A stretch of DNA of 64,000 nt from Anaerolineae bacterium (GCA_034437735.1 DAOTTS010000118.1:7930-71929), one strand, 5' to 3'. Shown: positions 19,490-29,355, counted from the stretch's first letter. Program-made: numbers and translations. Notes: generated from the letters alone by a model not told the origin.

Positions 19490-20554
19490 CTACAAGTCAG
19501 GCTGGACCAGCACCTTGAGTCCGAGGCCGCTGGAGGCCACGTCGAACGCCTGATCGATCTGGTCGAGTGCGAATGTGTGGGTAATCAAGCGCTCAGCCGG
19601 AATGAGACCCCGCTTGAGGGTATCCAGGGCCAGCGCGTGCATCGTTGGATGGTACGAGAAGCCACCGACCACTTCGATCTCACCGTAGTGAATGCGGTTG
19701 CCATCCAGGGTAGTGGTGGGATCGGCCTTGGGCAGCCCACCGAAGAGCACAACCCGTCCGCCTTTGCGGGCAGCCAGCACGGCCTCAGTTTGCGTCTCAG
19801 CGACCGGATTCGCACAGATCACCATCTCCGCCCCCCGTCCTTCCGTAAGAGCCCGGACCCTATCCACAAAATTCTCCCGGGTGGGATCGATGATAGCATC
19901 GGGATGGAAGTCCTTGGCCAATTCGCGACGCGTCTCGCTCCGCTGGGAGACGATCACGCGGGCACCTCGGGCCTTGGCGATCGCGATGTGAATACATCCG
20001 ATAGGTCCGGCTCCAATCACCACCACCGTGTCATCGAGATCAGTACCGGCCTTGGCATGACTCGCGAGGACGGAGCTGGCAGGCTCGGCAAGTGCAGCGT
20101 GCCTGGACGAGAGGCCATCCGGGATTTTATGGACAATCCCGAGTCTGAGCATCTCGTCCGTCAATTGCAGCTTCTCCGCAAACCCACCCGGATAGCCCGG
20201 CGTGATACCCAGAAAATGGAGGGAATCACAGAGGTTAAAGAGCCCCCGGCGGCAGTAGAAGCACGTCCCGCAGTGAATATCCGGCGCGATGGCTAAGCGT
20301 TCACCGACCTCATACCCCTCCACACCTTGTCCGACACCGATAACAGTACCGGCGACTTCGTGTCCGGCGATGATGCCCGGAATACCCGGCAGGCTCCCTT
20401 CGCCTGCCGGTGGCCCTTCGCGCCAACGGCGCACATCCGACCCACAGACGCCACAAACCTCAACGCGCAGCACGAGTCCATCGCGAGGCACCTGAGGATC
20501 CGGCACCTCCCGTACTTCATACGTTCGTTTATCCGTTAATAAAGCCGCTTTCAT
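19490..20554 (-). CDS. Zn-dependent alcohol/polyol dehydrogenase (MDR, sorbitol/threonine DH-like)
   Basis: Start corrected to MKAALL (ATG 20554). CGVCGSD structural-zinc motif and GHE catalytic-zinc motif. Confidence 0.85.
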   Translation of the reverse strand: MKAALLTDKRTYEVREVPDPQVPRDGLVLRVEVCGVCGSDVRRWREGPPAGEGSLPGIPGIIAGHEVAGTVIGVGQGVEGYEVGERLAIAPDIHCGTCFYCRRGLFNLCDSLHFLGITPGYPGGFAEKLQLTDEMLRLGIVHKIPDGLSSRHAALAEPASSVLASHAKAGTDLDDTVVVIGAGPIGCIHIAIAKARGARVIVSQRSETRRELAKDFHPDAIIDPTRENFVDRVRALTEGRGAEMVICANPVAETQTEAVLAARKGGRVVLFGGLPKADPTTTLDGNRIHYGEIEVVGGFSYHPTMHALALDTLKRGLIPAERLITHTFALDQIDQAFDVASSGLGLKVLVQPDL

Positions 20555-21192
20555 AGTTCCCTTTCTGACGCCTGGTCGCCTTCCGTTTCCTGCGCGATCT
20601 TCCGCCCTACCGCACCCGATGGATGGGTCTCTCCGAACGCCTGTCGCGTATACCCTCGGGCTTCCAGGAGCAACGCACACAGCACGTTCCCCACGGCCGA
20701 CGCGACAAGCGAACTGCCTGTTGCCACCATGCCATAGGGATCGATGCCTTCGATCGCGGGCACCAGCAGCACCGCGTCGCTCATCGCAGCCAGCGGTGAA
20801 TCGAGGCTCTCGGTCTGAGCCACGAGGGTCGCCCCCCGGGACCTGGCGATCTCCACGAACCCATTGACCTCAGCACTGTGCCCCCCCTTTGAGATCGCAT
20901 AGACCAGGTCGCGATCGGTCACCGCCCCGGATCCACCGTGCAGTGCGTCCGCCGCATTGATTGGCAGCGCCGGCGTTCCGGAGCACGAAAGCAAATGGGC
21001 CAACCGCTGAGCGACAGCGTGGGACGTGCCGGCCCCCGTCACCAGGACGTGGCCTTCGCACGCCAGCAGCAGGTTGACGACCCGCAACCATCGAGCATCC
21101 ACACCGGAAGCAAGAGCCTCTATTGCCGCTGCATCCCGGTCAATAACCGCCTGCGCCCGCGAACGGAGCCAGGCCTCTGAGAATTCGGACAT
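20551..21192 (-). CDS. SIS-domain sugar-phosphate isomerase (PHI/KpsF-like)
   Basis: Start at MSEFSEAW (AGGAGG 6 nt upstream). SIS motif [15 protein letters not shown]. The stop overlaps the ADH start (ATGA). Confidence 0.7.
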   Translation of the reverse strand: MSEFSEAWLRSRAQAVIDRDAAAIEALASGVDARWLRVVNLLLACEGHVLVTGAGTSHAVAQRLAHLLSCSGTPALPINAADALHGGSGAVTDRDLVYAISKGGHSAEVNGFVEIARSRGATLVAQTESLDSPLAAMSDAVLLVPAIEGIDPYGMVATGSSLVASAVGNVLCALLLEARGYTRQAFGETHPSGAVGRKIAQETEGDQASEREL

Positions 21193-21202
21193 TCCGTACC
21201 TC

Positions 21203-22177
21203 CTACGACCCTTCGGGTTGAGTTTCAGACAACACAGCCTCGGCCGTGTCACGATCGGTCACCAATACGTCCAACAGCCCGCTCTTCAGCGCCGCTTTGA
21301 CGATCTCATGCTTGACCGCTCCCCCACCGACGCCAATCACCGTGGGAATGCACCGGATCGTGTCCAACGATAGGCCGATGATCCTCTGATTGAGCTTATC
21401 CAGAGAGACGGCCTCACCCTGGGCGTCGATGTAACGGAGTGCAATATCCCCAACCGCCCCATGAGCCTCCAATAGCCGTAGGTCATCCGCTGTGAGGATC
21501 GTCCCATCCCTGAGCAGAACGGAGTCCGGCGTGGGTACGCCCAACCCCACGACGGCGATGTCGGCACGGGCAGCGAGCTTGAGTACTTCGGCAACCTGGT
21601 GGTCCTGACGAAGCGCGCGCGCGGCGTCAAGGGTGCTGACGATACCGGGCGCCGGCAGCAAGCGCAGCTTGGCGTTGAGCTTCTGCGCCGCACGGCGGAT
21701 CAGCTCCGTCGAGTGTTCCCATGCGTCCACCGGCCCCAATCCCCCCGAGAGTTGAACCACGCTGACGTCCGGCATCGTGCGGGCTGGCAGCGCCTCGACT
21801 GTCGACCAGAGCGTTCGCCCCCAGGCCATCGCGACGATGCTGGACCGCGTGAGGCGCCGCAGCAGGCATTCAGCCGCCGGGGGCCCTAGATCACGGGCAA
21901 CCAACTCCGGCTGTGCCGGATGATTCACCTCAACAAGCACTGCCTCCTCCAGGCCGTAGGTCGCCTCAAGATCGTGCTCCAGATCGGCAGCACCCCCACT
22001 GGGCGGCACCAGAGAGATATTGACGACGTGAACATCCCTTGCCTGCTGAAGCAACCGTGAGACTTTGGGCCGAGAAAGCCCGAACCGTTCGGCGATCTCC
22101 CGCTGCGTGAGCCCATCCGCATAGTAAGCCTGGGCCACCCTATAGAGAAGACGATGGTGCTGGGGGTCAATCTGCAT
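21203..22177 (-). CDS. SorC/DeoR-family sugar-binding transcriptional regulator
   Basis: N-terminal HTH LTQREIAERFGLSRPKVSRLL followed by a sugar-binding SorC-type domain. Confidence 0.85.
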   Translation of the reverse strand: MQIDPQHHRLLYRVAQAYYADGLTQREIAERFGLSRPKVSRLLQQARDVHVVNISLVPPSGGAADLEHDLEATYGLEEAVLVEVNHPAQPELVARDLGPPAAECLLRRLTRSSIVAMAWGRTLWSTVEALPARTMPDVSVVQLSGGLGPVDAWEHSTELIRRAAQKLNAKLRLLPAPGIVSTLDAARALRQDHQVAEVLKLAARADIAVVGLGVPTPDSVLLRDGTILTADDLRLLEAHGAVGDIALRYIDAQGEAVSLDKLNQRIIGLSLDTIRCIPTVIGVGGGAVKHEIVKAALKSGLLDVLVTDRDTAEAVLSETQPEGS

Positions 22178-22232
22178 AGGTCACCTGAAACGATCATCAT
22201 CCGTACGAGTCAACGAGAAGCTTACCAGCAAA

Positions 22233-22264
22233 TGAACAGATGTTCAGACATGATCATCTGTTCA
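22233..22264. promoter_or_regulatory. 10-bp perfect inverted repeat TGAACAGATG-N12-CATCTGTTCA with nested ATGATCAT palindrome (candidate SorC operator)
   Basis: Located in the divergent intergenic region between the sorC-family gene and the ARH-fusion gene. Confidence 0.4.
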
Positions 22265-22534
22265 TAGAATACCTGGAGTATGGATGAATGTCAAGTCGCG
22301 GACAAAAAAAACGACACGAGCTTATCATGCTCGCTCGGAGGAGATTTACCATCGCCGGCTTCGCCAGATAAAGCCCTGAAGAATACGATCAATTGCTCTC
22401 GTTGCAAGTTTCAAGTACACTAGCATGCACTGCAAGATCAGCGCCGGACGTTATGCCCCCTCCGGAGGGACGACCAAGCGCAAAGGATAGAAAGACGTAC
22501 GGTCTACGGGCATTCGAGAAGGAGAACACAACCA

Positions 22535-24643
22535 ATGACAATCCCAAACGATTACGAATCGCGCATCTATGCGGGCGTGCTAGGCAAGATCATCGGGGTC
22601 TACCTCGGACGGCCTTTCGAGGGCTGGACCTATGAGCGTATTATGGAGGAATTGGGAGAGATCCAGTACTACGTCCACGAACGATTGAACAAGCCCTTGA
22701 TTGTCACTGACGACGATATCTCCGGCACCTTCACCTTCCTGCGCGCCCTGCCGGATCACGGAAATCGCGCCGACATCACACCGGCGGAGATCGGATCGAC
22801 GTGGCTCAATTACATTATTGAGAACAAAACGATCCTCTGGTGGGGCGGGATGGGAAATTCCACCGAACACACCGCATTCCTTCGTCTGCAATCAGGGATC
22901 CCCGCCCCGGAGAGTGGGTCGATGGAGACGAACAGCCGGATCGTGGCGGAGCAGATCGGAGCGCAGATCTTCATCGACGGCTGGGCAATGGTCGCCCCGG
23001 GCGACCCGGAGCTGGCGGCGACCCTGGCGCGGAAAGCCGCTAGCGTCAGCCACGATGGCGAAGCCATCTACGGGGCGCAGGTCCTGGCTGCGATGGAATC
23101 CCTGGCCTTCGTGGAGAACGATCTCAACCGCCTGTTGGATACGGCCGTGACCTTCATCCCTGATGACGCCATCATCTATCGCATGATCGCCGAACTGCGT
23201 GCCCTTCACGAGCAGGAACCTGATTGGCGAAAAGCCCTGAAATGGCTGGCAACTCACTACGGGTACGATACCTACGGCGGTAACGTCCATATCGTACCCA
23301 ACCACGGCCTGATGATCCTCAGCCTTCTCTATGGGGACGACGACTTCCAGAGGACAATGATGATCGTCAATACCGGGGGATGGGATACGGACTGCAACTC
23401 CGGGAACGTCGGATGTCTGATGGGCATCAAAAATGGTCTACCCGGACTGGAAACCGGCCCCGACTATCGAGGCCCGGTAGCGGATCGTCTCTACCTGCCG
23501 ACGGCGGATGGTGGACGGGCGATTACGGACGCGCTGATCGAGACCTATCACATCGTCAACAGCGGGCGGGCCCTCGCCGGGCTCGAGCCTGTCGCGCCCA
23601 AGAACGGAGCACGCTACCACTTCAATATGCCGGGGGCCGTTCAGGGCTTCCTGCCGGACACCGCCATCGAAGCGAAAGGCACCCTGAAGCTTGAGAACGT
23701 CCCTGGACATAGCAAGACCGGGGCGCGTAGCCTCGCTTTCCAATATCAGGACATCGCCCCGGGTCGCGTGGCCCGGGCGGGCACAGCGACGTTCCTGACC
23801 GAGGAAGCTGCCAGCATGCCGGGCTATGGACTCATCTGTTCCCCCACCCTCTATGCCGGACAGACGGTCCGCGCCAGGGTGGAAGCTGACGCCGATAACC
23901 AAGAGCCGGTCACCTGCGGACTCTATCTCGTCACCTATGGACCGGATGACGAGCGGTCCCACCGCCAAGGCCCCTGGGTTGAGATGGAGCCGGGGGAAAC
24001 GCGCGTCTTCGAATGGACAATCGGTCCCACCTATGGCGATCCGATTGCCGAAGTCGGCATAGAGATCCATGCGGAGACCAGAGCCAGCGGCACCCTCTAC
24101 CTCGATACCCTGACCTGGGAGGGGGAACCTGACGCCGACCTGACCCCACCCAGTCACAACGGCACGATGGGGCAGCGCGCGTGGGTGGAGGATATGGACC
24201 ACGTCTGGGCTCGGGGGGGATCCCTTCGCGTGATCCAGGACGAGGGTACCGGGTTGCTCATCCAGGGAACCCGCCGGTGGCAGGACTACACGGTCCGCGC
24301 CAAGCTCTCGCCGCACATGATAGCGTCGGGCGGCATCGCGGCCCGGGTCCAGGGACTGAACCGCTACTATGCCCTACTGCTGGATCGCGATCATCGCGTA
24401 TGCCTCGTGAAATCCAGGGGGACCTGCACCGTCCTCGCGGAGACGGACTTCCCGTGGAACGTCGACGAGGAGTACGAACTCCAGTTATCCGTGCAGGGCG
24501 CCCGATTGCTCGCAAAAGTCGATGGCGAGACACTCTTCGACCTCAAGGATCGCCAAGCCCCCCTGACGGGAGGAGGGATCGCCCTTGTGTGCGAAGAGGG
24601 CCGAATGGACGTCATGAACATAAGCGTTCGTCCGAATGCATAG
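22535..24643 (+). CDS. fusion protein: ADP-ribosylglycohydrolase-fold domain + central beta-rich region + C-terminal DUF1080-like ConA/LamG jelly-roll domain
   Basis: ARH-fold motifs VTDDDISGTF and GGWDTDCNSGNVGCLMG. The first metal-binding motif reads GVYLGRPFEG (GDALG-like with Asp to Val). The C-terminus (WVED...RRWQDYTVRAKL...GGIAARVQGLNRYYALLLD) resembles DUF1080. RBS GAAGGAG. Confidence 0.7.
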   Translation: MTIPNDYESRIYAGVLGKIIGVYLGRPFEGWTYERIMEELGEIQYYVHERLNKPLIVTDDDISGTFTFLRALPDHGNRADITPAEIGSTWLNYIIENKTILWWGGMGNSTEHTAFLRLQSGIPAPESGSMETNSRIVAEQIGAQIFIDGWAMVAPGDPELAATLARKAASVSHDGEAIYGAQVLAAMESLAFVENDLNRLLDTAVTFIPDDAIIYRMIAELRALHEQEPDWRKALKWLATHYGYDTYGGNVHIVPNHGLMILSLLYGDDDFQRTMMIVNTGGWDTDCNSGNVGCLMGIKNGLPGLETGPDYRGPVADRLYLPTADGGRAITDALIETYHIVNSGRALAGLEPVAPKNGARYHFNMPGAVQGFLPDTAIEAKGTLKLENVPGHSKTGARSLAFQYQDIAPGRVARAGTATFLTEEAASMPGYGLICSPTLYAGQTVRARVEADADNQEPVTCGLYLVTYGPDDERSHRQGPWVEMEPGETRVFEWTIGPTYGDPIAEVGIEIHAETRASGTLYLDTLTWEGEPDADLTPPSHNGTMGQRAWVEDMDHVWARGGSLRVIQDEGTGLLIQGTRRWQDYTVRAKLSPHMIASGGIAARVQGLNRYYALLLDRDHRVCLVKSRGTCTVLAETDFPWNVDEEYELQLSVQGARLLAKVDGETLFDLKDRQAPLTGGGIALVCEEGRMDVMNISVRPNA

Positions 24644-24675
24644 GCAGGAAGACCATAGTGACAGAAGGAGCTCAT

Positions 24676-25713
24676 ATGGAAACGATGCTAGCAGCCGTAG
24701 TTGAAGAACCAGGAGCGCTCGGCGTCCGAGAGGTACCTATCGCTGAGATCGGACCGTACGAGGCAAAATGCCGACTGCTCTATGGAGCGACCTGTACCGG
24801 GACCGACCAGCATATCATAGCGGGCCGCTTTCCATGGCCGATCACATATCCTACGATTTTGGGCCACGAAAGCGTCGGAGAGATCATCGAGGTGGGATCC
24901 AAAGTGCGAAACTATCAAATCGGCGACTTGATCTCCCGGGTGGGAGCTCGCCCGCCGGAAGACAGCGACCTCAACGTCAACTGGGGCGGCTTCGCCGAAT
25001 ACGGCATCGCTGTGGACCATCAAGCGATGGCAGAGGATGGCGAGTCCCGATCCCGGTGGGCCCCCTATCGAGTTCACCAGGTCATCCCTCCCGAGATCGA
25101 TCCCAGGGCTGCCACGATGATCATTACGTGGAGGGAAACGCTCAGCACCACGATGCGCCTGGGAATCCAAGCCGGGGATCGCATCCTGGTCGTCGGTTCC
25201 GGCGGCAATGGGCTCGCTTTTGTGGCTCACGCCGCGTACGCCCAGGCCAGCCCGATTGTGATAATCGGGAACGTCAGACGCGAGTCACACGCGATGAGGG
25301 CCGGCGCGACGGGATACGTCGATTACAAAGCTGCCAACGTCGAGGAACAACTCACGGCGCTCAGCCCCGGCGGATTCGATTACGTGATCGATGCAGTAGG
25401 GAAATCGCAGACGGCCGATCAGGTACTCCCCCACCTCAACCCCGGCGGCACGCTCGCGATCTACGGCATTGATGATTATGACGCCACCATCCTCCATCCG
25501 AACCGCGCCCCCGGCACGTTTACCGTCTACAAGGGCGGATACGATGAAGCAGAAGCTCACGAGGAAGTCATCCAACGGATGCTGGGGGGAGCGCTCGACG
25601 CGTCCATCTGGCTGGACTTAGATCACGTCTTTCACCTTCAAACCCTTGGGCAAGCGATTGAAGCGGTGCGTGATCGACAGATGGTCAAAGCCTTGGTCAA
25701 ACTCAACGCCTGA
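24676..25713 (+). CDS. Zn-dependent alcohol dehydrogenase (MDR superfamily)
   Basis: Start at METMLAAV (RBS GAAGGAG). GHESVGEI zinc motif. The long N-terminal extension in the ORF track overlaps the preceding gene and is rejected. Confidence 0.8.
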   Translation: METMLAAVVEEPGALGVREVPIAEIGPYEAKCRLLYGATCTGTDQHIIAGRFPWPITYPTILGHESVGEIIEVGSKVRNYQIGDLISRVGARPPEDSDLNVNWGGFAEYGIAVDHQAMAEDGESRSRWAPYRVHQVIPPEIDPRAATMIITWRETLSTTMRLGIQAGDRILVVGSGGNGLAFVAHAAYAQASPIVIIGNVRRESHAMRAGATGYVDYKAANVEEQLTALSPGGFDYVIDAVGKSQTADQVLPHLNPGGTLAIYGIDDYDATILHPNRAPGTFTVYKGGYDEAEAHEEVIQRMLGGALDASIWLDLDHVFHLQTLGQAIEAVRDRQMVKALVKLNA

Positions 25714-25752
25714 GAATGGACAAATGGATAGCACCAAGCGGATGGGCAAAGT

Positions 25753-25781
25753 TTGACATTTCGATCAAGGTGTGTTAGAGT
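25753..25781 (+). promoter_or_regulatory. strong sigma70 promoter TTGACA-17-TAGAGT with extended -10 TG
   Basis: TTGACA 25753-25758. TGtTAGAGT 25773-25781. No CDS follows within 350 nt on this strand. Confidence 0.6.
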
Positions 25782-25787
25782 TTCAGA

Positions 25788-25975
25788 AATTGTGAAGGAA
25801 CGACCAAACGAAGTGCGCATAGGGATTGGGATGATCAAGATCGAGGTTAGCCGACAGCCTAAGAATAAGCCTCAGCCGCGCCTTTTCCGAGGGCGGGACG
25901 GTTGATGCTGTCTAGCTAACTAAGCTTATTTAGGAGACCAGCCAGCCTACCCGCAAAGTAGGCTGGCTTTTCTTT
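25788..25975 (+). ncRNA. candidate small transcript (about 190 nt) bounded by promoter and intrinsic terminator; may be an sRNA or encode a 24-aa peptide (25831-25905)
   Basis: Promoter at 25753-25781 and terminator at 25941-25975. Long-range pairing TTAGCCGACAGC/GCTGTCTAGCTAA. Small ORF MIKIEVSRQPKNKPQPRLFRGRDG has AGGGA 5 nt upstream. Confidence 0.4.
25941..25975 (+). terminator. rho-independent terminator
   Basis: GCCAGCCTAC-ccgcaaa-GTAGGCTGGC followed by TTTTCTTT. Confidence 0.7.
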
Positions 25976-26148
25976 ATGGTTGACCATTCATATCACAGGC
26001 CATCACGATCGAATGTAACGTAGGGGGAAAATTGCCATCCGGAGGGTATCACCGTTGCTGACGGTGAATACGATTCGATGGCAAGACATGAGAAGATCGT
26101 GAATGGAAGGGTTATTCAGGCAGTCCAAGCAAGGTGAGGAAGGAGAGG

Positions 26149-27357
26149 ATGATGTCTACGAACACCCATACCGACTCAATCACAGCGAACACGATAAGAT
26201 CAGAAAAGAAACACACCCAGCGCTCGAAATCTCGGGTGCAATCTGGACTTGCAGGGGTCGTGGTGGCAGAGAGCGACATCGCCAAGGTCGATGGGGAGCG
26301 GGGGACGCTCAGTTATCGCGGGTATGATATTGGGGATCTCGCGTGCCATTCGACGTTTGAGGAAGTGGTTTACCTGCTCTGGTACGGAGAGCTCCCCACT
26401 CAAGACGCGCTCGACAACTTCGCGGCGAAACTCGCCTCGGAGCGGGAGATCGACGAGACCACGTGGCAGGTCCTGACGATGCTACCCAGCGACGTGGAAC
26501 CTATGGATGCGCTGCGCACCGCGGTATCCACCCTCGCGTGTGCCGACCCGGCCAACGAAAACGGCAAGGTGAGCCACGAGGAGAACCTAAGAAAAGCAAT
26601 GAAACTCGTCGCCAAGTTCCCTACCGTCGTCGCCAGCTACTACCGGCACCTTCAGGGGGAACCCCGCATCCATCCCGATCCTTCGCTAAGTCATGCGGCC
26701 AACTTCCTCTACATGCTCTCGGGCACCCGCCCGGACGAGACCCAAGCCAAGGCGATGGACCTGGCGATGCTTCTCATGGCCGAACATGGATTCAACGCCT
26801 CCACGTTCTCGGCACGCGTCACCGCCTCGACACTCTCGGATATGTACGCAGCGATTACCACCGCGATCGGAACCCTGAAGGGTCCGCTTCACGGCGGCGC
26901 AAATCGACGAGCGATGGAGATGATGCTTGAGATCGGAGAGATCGAGCGTGTAGAGCCCTACATCAAGGAGGCCTTGGCCGCCAAGAAGCGTATTATGGGC
27001 TTCGGGCATCGCGTGTATAAGAAAGCCCCGGATCCGCGTTCGGCGTATCTGAGGGGGCGTCTCTACGAGCTGTGTGCAGATCTCCAGGATTTCCACTTCT
27101 ACAACCTGGCCACTGCCATCGCGGAAACCGTTGAGGCTCAGAAGGGTCTCTATCCCAACGTTGACTTCTATGCCGCGCCGATGCTCTATCTGGTCGGAAT
27201 TCCCCTGGAGCTCTTTGTCACGATCTTTGCGATCAGTCGCATCCCCGGCTGGACGACGCACGTGATGGATCAATATGGGAACAACCGCTTGCTGCGGCCT
27301 CTGAGTGAATATGTAGGTCCAGAAGACTGTGCCTACGTTCCCATTGACCAACGCTAA
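26149..27357 (+). CDS. gltA: citrate synthase
   Basis: GFGHRVYK and HGGAN citrate-synthase signatures. RBS GGAAGGAGAGG. ATG 26149 or 26152. Confidence 0.9.
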   Translation: MMSTNTHTDSITANTIRSEKKHTQRSKSRVQSGLAGVVVAESDIAKVDGERGTLSYRGYDIGDLACHSTFEEVVYLLWYGELPTQDALDNFAAKLASEREIDETTWQVLTMLPSDVEPMDALRTAVSTLACADPANENGKVSHEENLRKAMKLVAKFPTVVASYYRHLQGEPRIHPDPSLSHAANFLYMLSGTRPDETQAKAMDLAMLLMAEHGFNASTFSARVTASTLSDMYAAITTAIGTLKGPLHGGANRRAMEMMLEIGEIERVEPYIKEALAAKKRIMGFGHRVYKKAPDPRSAYLRGRLYELCADLQDFHFYNLATAIAETVEAQKGLYPNVDFYAAPMLYLVGIPLELFVTIFAISRIPGWTTHVMDQYGNNRLLRPLSEYVGPEDCAYVPIDQR

Positions 27358-27414
27358 TACGCGTGAACCGTGTACCAGGCCAACCTATCGATCAGGAACG
27401 GAGGAGCTTTCATC

Positions 27415-29355
27415 ATGGGACAGACCTTAACAGAGAAGATTATCGCAGACCATCGGGTCCAAGGCACGATGGCCCCTGGCGATGAGATAGCAATCACCAT
27501 CGACCACACGCTGACACAGGATGCGACCGGTACGATGGCATGGCTTGAGTTTGAGGCGATGCAGATACCGCGCGTTCAGACCGAGCGCTCGGTCAGTTAC
27601 GTCGATCACAATATGCTTCAGGCTGACTTCCGCAACGCCGACGACCACCGCTATCTCCAGACCGCCGCAGCGCGCTACGGCGCATACTTTTCGCGGCCCG
27701 GCAACGGCATCTGCCACCAGGTGCAGTTGGAGCGATTCAGCGTGCCGGGCAAGACGCTCCTGGGGTCGGACAGCCACACGCCAAACTCCGGGGGGCTTGG
27801 GGCCCTGGCGATCGGTTCCGGCGGACTGGACGTCGCCGTCGCGATGGCCGGGGGGCCTTTCTCTATGACGATGCCCGAGGTGCTCGGCGTCAGGCTCACC
27901 GGGACATTAAGCGATTGGGTCACGGCCAAGGACGTCATCCTGGAGATGTTGCGTCGACTTACCGTCAAGGGCGGGGTTGGCAAAGTCTTGGAGTACTTCG
28001 GACCCGGCGTCGCGACCTTATCCGTCGATGAGCGAGCCACGATCTGCAACATGGGTGCGGAGCTCGGTGCCACAACCTCTATCTTCCCCAGCGACGAGAG
28101 AACCCAGGCCTACCTGCACGCGCAGGGCCGCGCAGAGGCCTGGAAGCCGCTGGCGGCCGACGATGATGCCGAGTACGCCGAGGTTATAGACCTCGATTTA
28201 AGCGCGGTCGAACCGCTCATCGCCACGCCCTCAATGCCGGACAACGTCGTGCCGCTTGAGGAGGTCGCCGGCCAACCGGTCGCACAAGTCTGCATCGGAT
28301 CCTGTGTCAACTCCTCCTATGAGGATCTGGTCAAAGTGGGAGAGATACTCAAGGGCCGGCAGGTCCATCCCGAGGTCAGCTTGACCATTACCCCCGGCAG
28401 CAAGCAGGTCTATACGATGATCGCGGAGAATGGCATCCTGGCCGAGATGATCCGGGCCGGGGCCCGGATCCTCGAATCGGCGTGCGGACCGTGCCTGGGG
28501 ATGGGTCAGGCCCCGGCCACCAGCGTCGCCACACTCCGCTCGTTCAACCGCAACTTCAAGGGGCGCAGCGGCACCGCTGACGATCAATCGTACCTCGCCA
28601 GCCCGGAGACCTGTGCAGCCTCTGCCCTGAGCGGGGTGATTACCGATCCGAGGACCTTGGGCGCGCGGATCCAGGTGATCTCCCCCCTTCATTACGTGAC
28701 GGAGGACACGATGATCATCGCCCCCCCAGCCGTGGAGGAGGCGGAAACGATCCGGGTGATCCGGGGACCCAACATCAAGCCAGTCCCCATCGCGGATCCG
28801 CTCCCCGACGCACTGGACGTGCGTGTGCTCCTCAAGGTCGGAGACAACATCACCACCGATCACATTATGCCCGCCGGCGCAAAGATACTTCCGCTGCGGT
28901 CCAACATCCCCGCCATCGCGGAGTACGTCTTCGCCCGCGTCGACCCGGACTTCGTCGCGCGTGCGAAAGCTTGCGAAAGCGGCGCATTGATCGGCGGAGC
29001 CAACTACGGTCAGGGATCGAGCCGCGAACACGCAGCCCTCGCGCCTATGTACTTGGGCGTCAAAGCCGTGGTCGCCAAGTCCTATTCCCGTATCCACCAC
29101 GCTAACCTGGTCAATATGGGCATGTTGCCCCTGGAATTCATAGAGGAGGATGATTACGAGCGCATCGAACAGGGCGACGTCCTGGAGATCACGGGCGTCA
29201 AACAGGCCCTGGCAAAAGGAAGCAGCCTCAAGGTCCGCAACAAGTCCCGGGACATCACCTACGAGATGCAGATTCAACTCACGGACCGCCAGCGGCGGAT
29301 TCTGAAAGCCGGCGGATTGCTCAACTACTACCGCACCGAGGAGGCCGGCGTATGA
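27415..29355 (+). CDS. acn: aconitate hydratase (646-aa aconitase-family protein with fused swivel domain)
   Basis: Aconitase-family Fe-S ligands CGPCLGMGQ and [14 protein letters not shown]-terminal swivel domain [13 protein letters not shown]. Position between gltA and icd. Start MGQTLTEK with RBS GGAGGAG. Confidence 0.75.
   Translation: MGQTLTEKIIADHRVQGTMAPGDEIAITIDHTLTQDATGTMAWLEFEAMQIPRVQTERSVSYVDHNMLQADFRNADDHRYLQTAAARYGAYFSRPGNGICHQVQLERFSVPGKTLLGSDSHTPNSGGLGALAIGSGGLDVAVAMAGGPFSMTMPEVLGVRLTGTLSDWVTAKDVILEMLRRLTVKGGVGKVLEYFGPGVATLSVDERATICNMGAELGATTSIFPSDERTQAYLHAQGRAEAWKPLAADDDAEYAEVIDLDLSAVEPLIATPSMPDNVVPLEEVAGQPVAQVCIGSCVNSSYEDLVKVGEILKGRQVHPEVSLTITPGSKQVYTMIAENGILAEMIRAGARILESACGPCLGMGQAPATSVATLRSFNRNFKGRSGTADDQSYLASPETCAASALSGVITDPRTLGARIQVISPLHYVTEDTMIIAPPAVEEAETIRVIRGPNIKPVPIADPLPDALDVRVLLKVGDNITTDHIMPAGAKILPLRSNIPAIAEYVFARVDPDFVARAKACESGALIGGANYGQGSSREHAALAPMYLGVKAVVAKSYSRIHHANLVNMGMLPLEFIEEDDYERIEQGDVLEITGVKQALAKGSSLKVRNKSRDITYEMQIQLTDRQRRILKAGGLLNYYRTEEAGV

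Noticed and set aside
24181-24675. N-terminal 165-codon extension of the ADH ORF in the supplied track
   Set aside because: It overlaps the 3' half of the ARH-fusion gene in another frame. A proper RBS (GAAGGAG) plus ATG at 24676 gives a normal-length MDR dehydrogenase.
28231-29277. 348-aa minus-strand ORF inside the aconitase gene. There are similar antisense ORFs at 29622-30458 (in icd), 33342-34247 (in kdgK), 50442-51617 (in ligA), 23438-24316, 6059-6697, 6722-7405, 18525-19487, 19436-20296 and 26686-27351.
   Set aside because: All lie antisense to, or out of frame with, genes with strong family signatures. They have no RBS and show the Arg/Gly/Pro-rich composition typical of spurious high-GC ORFs.
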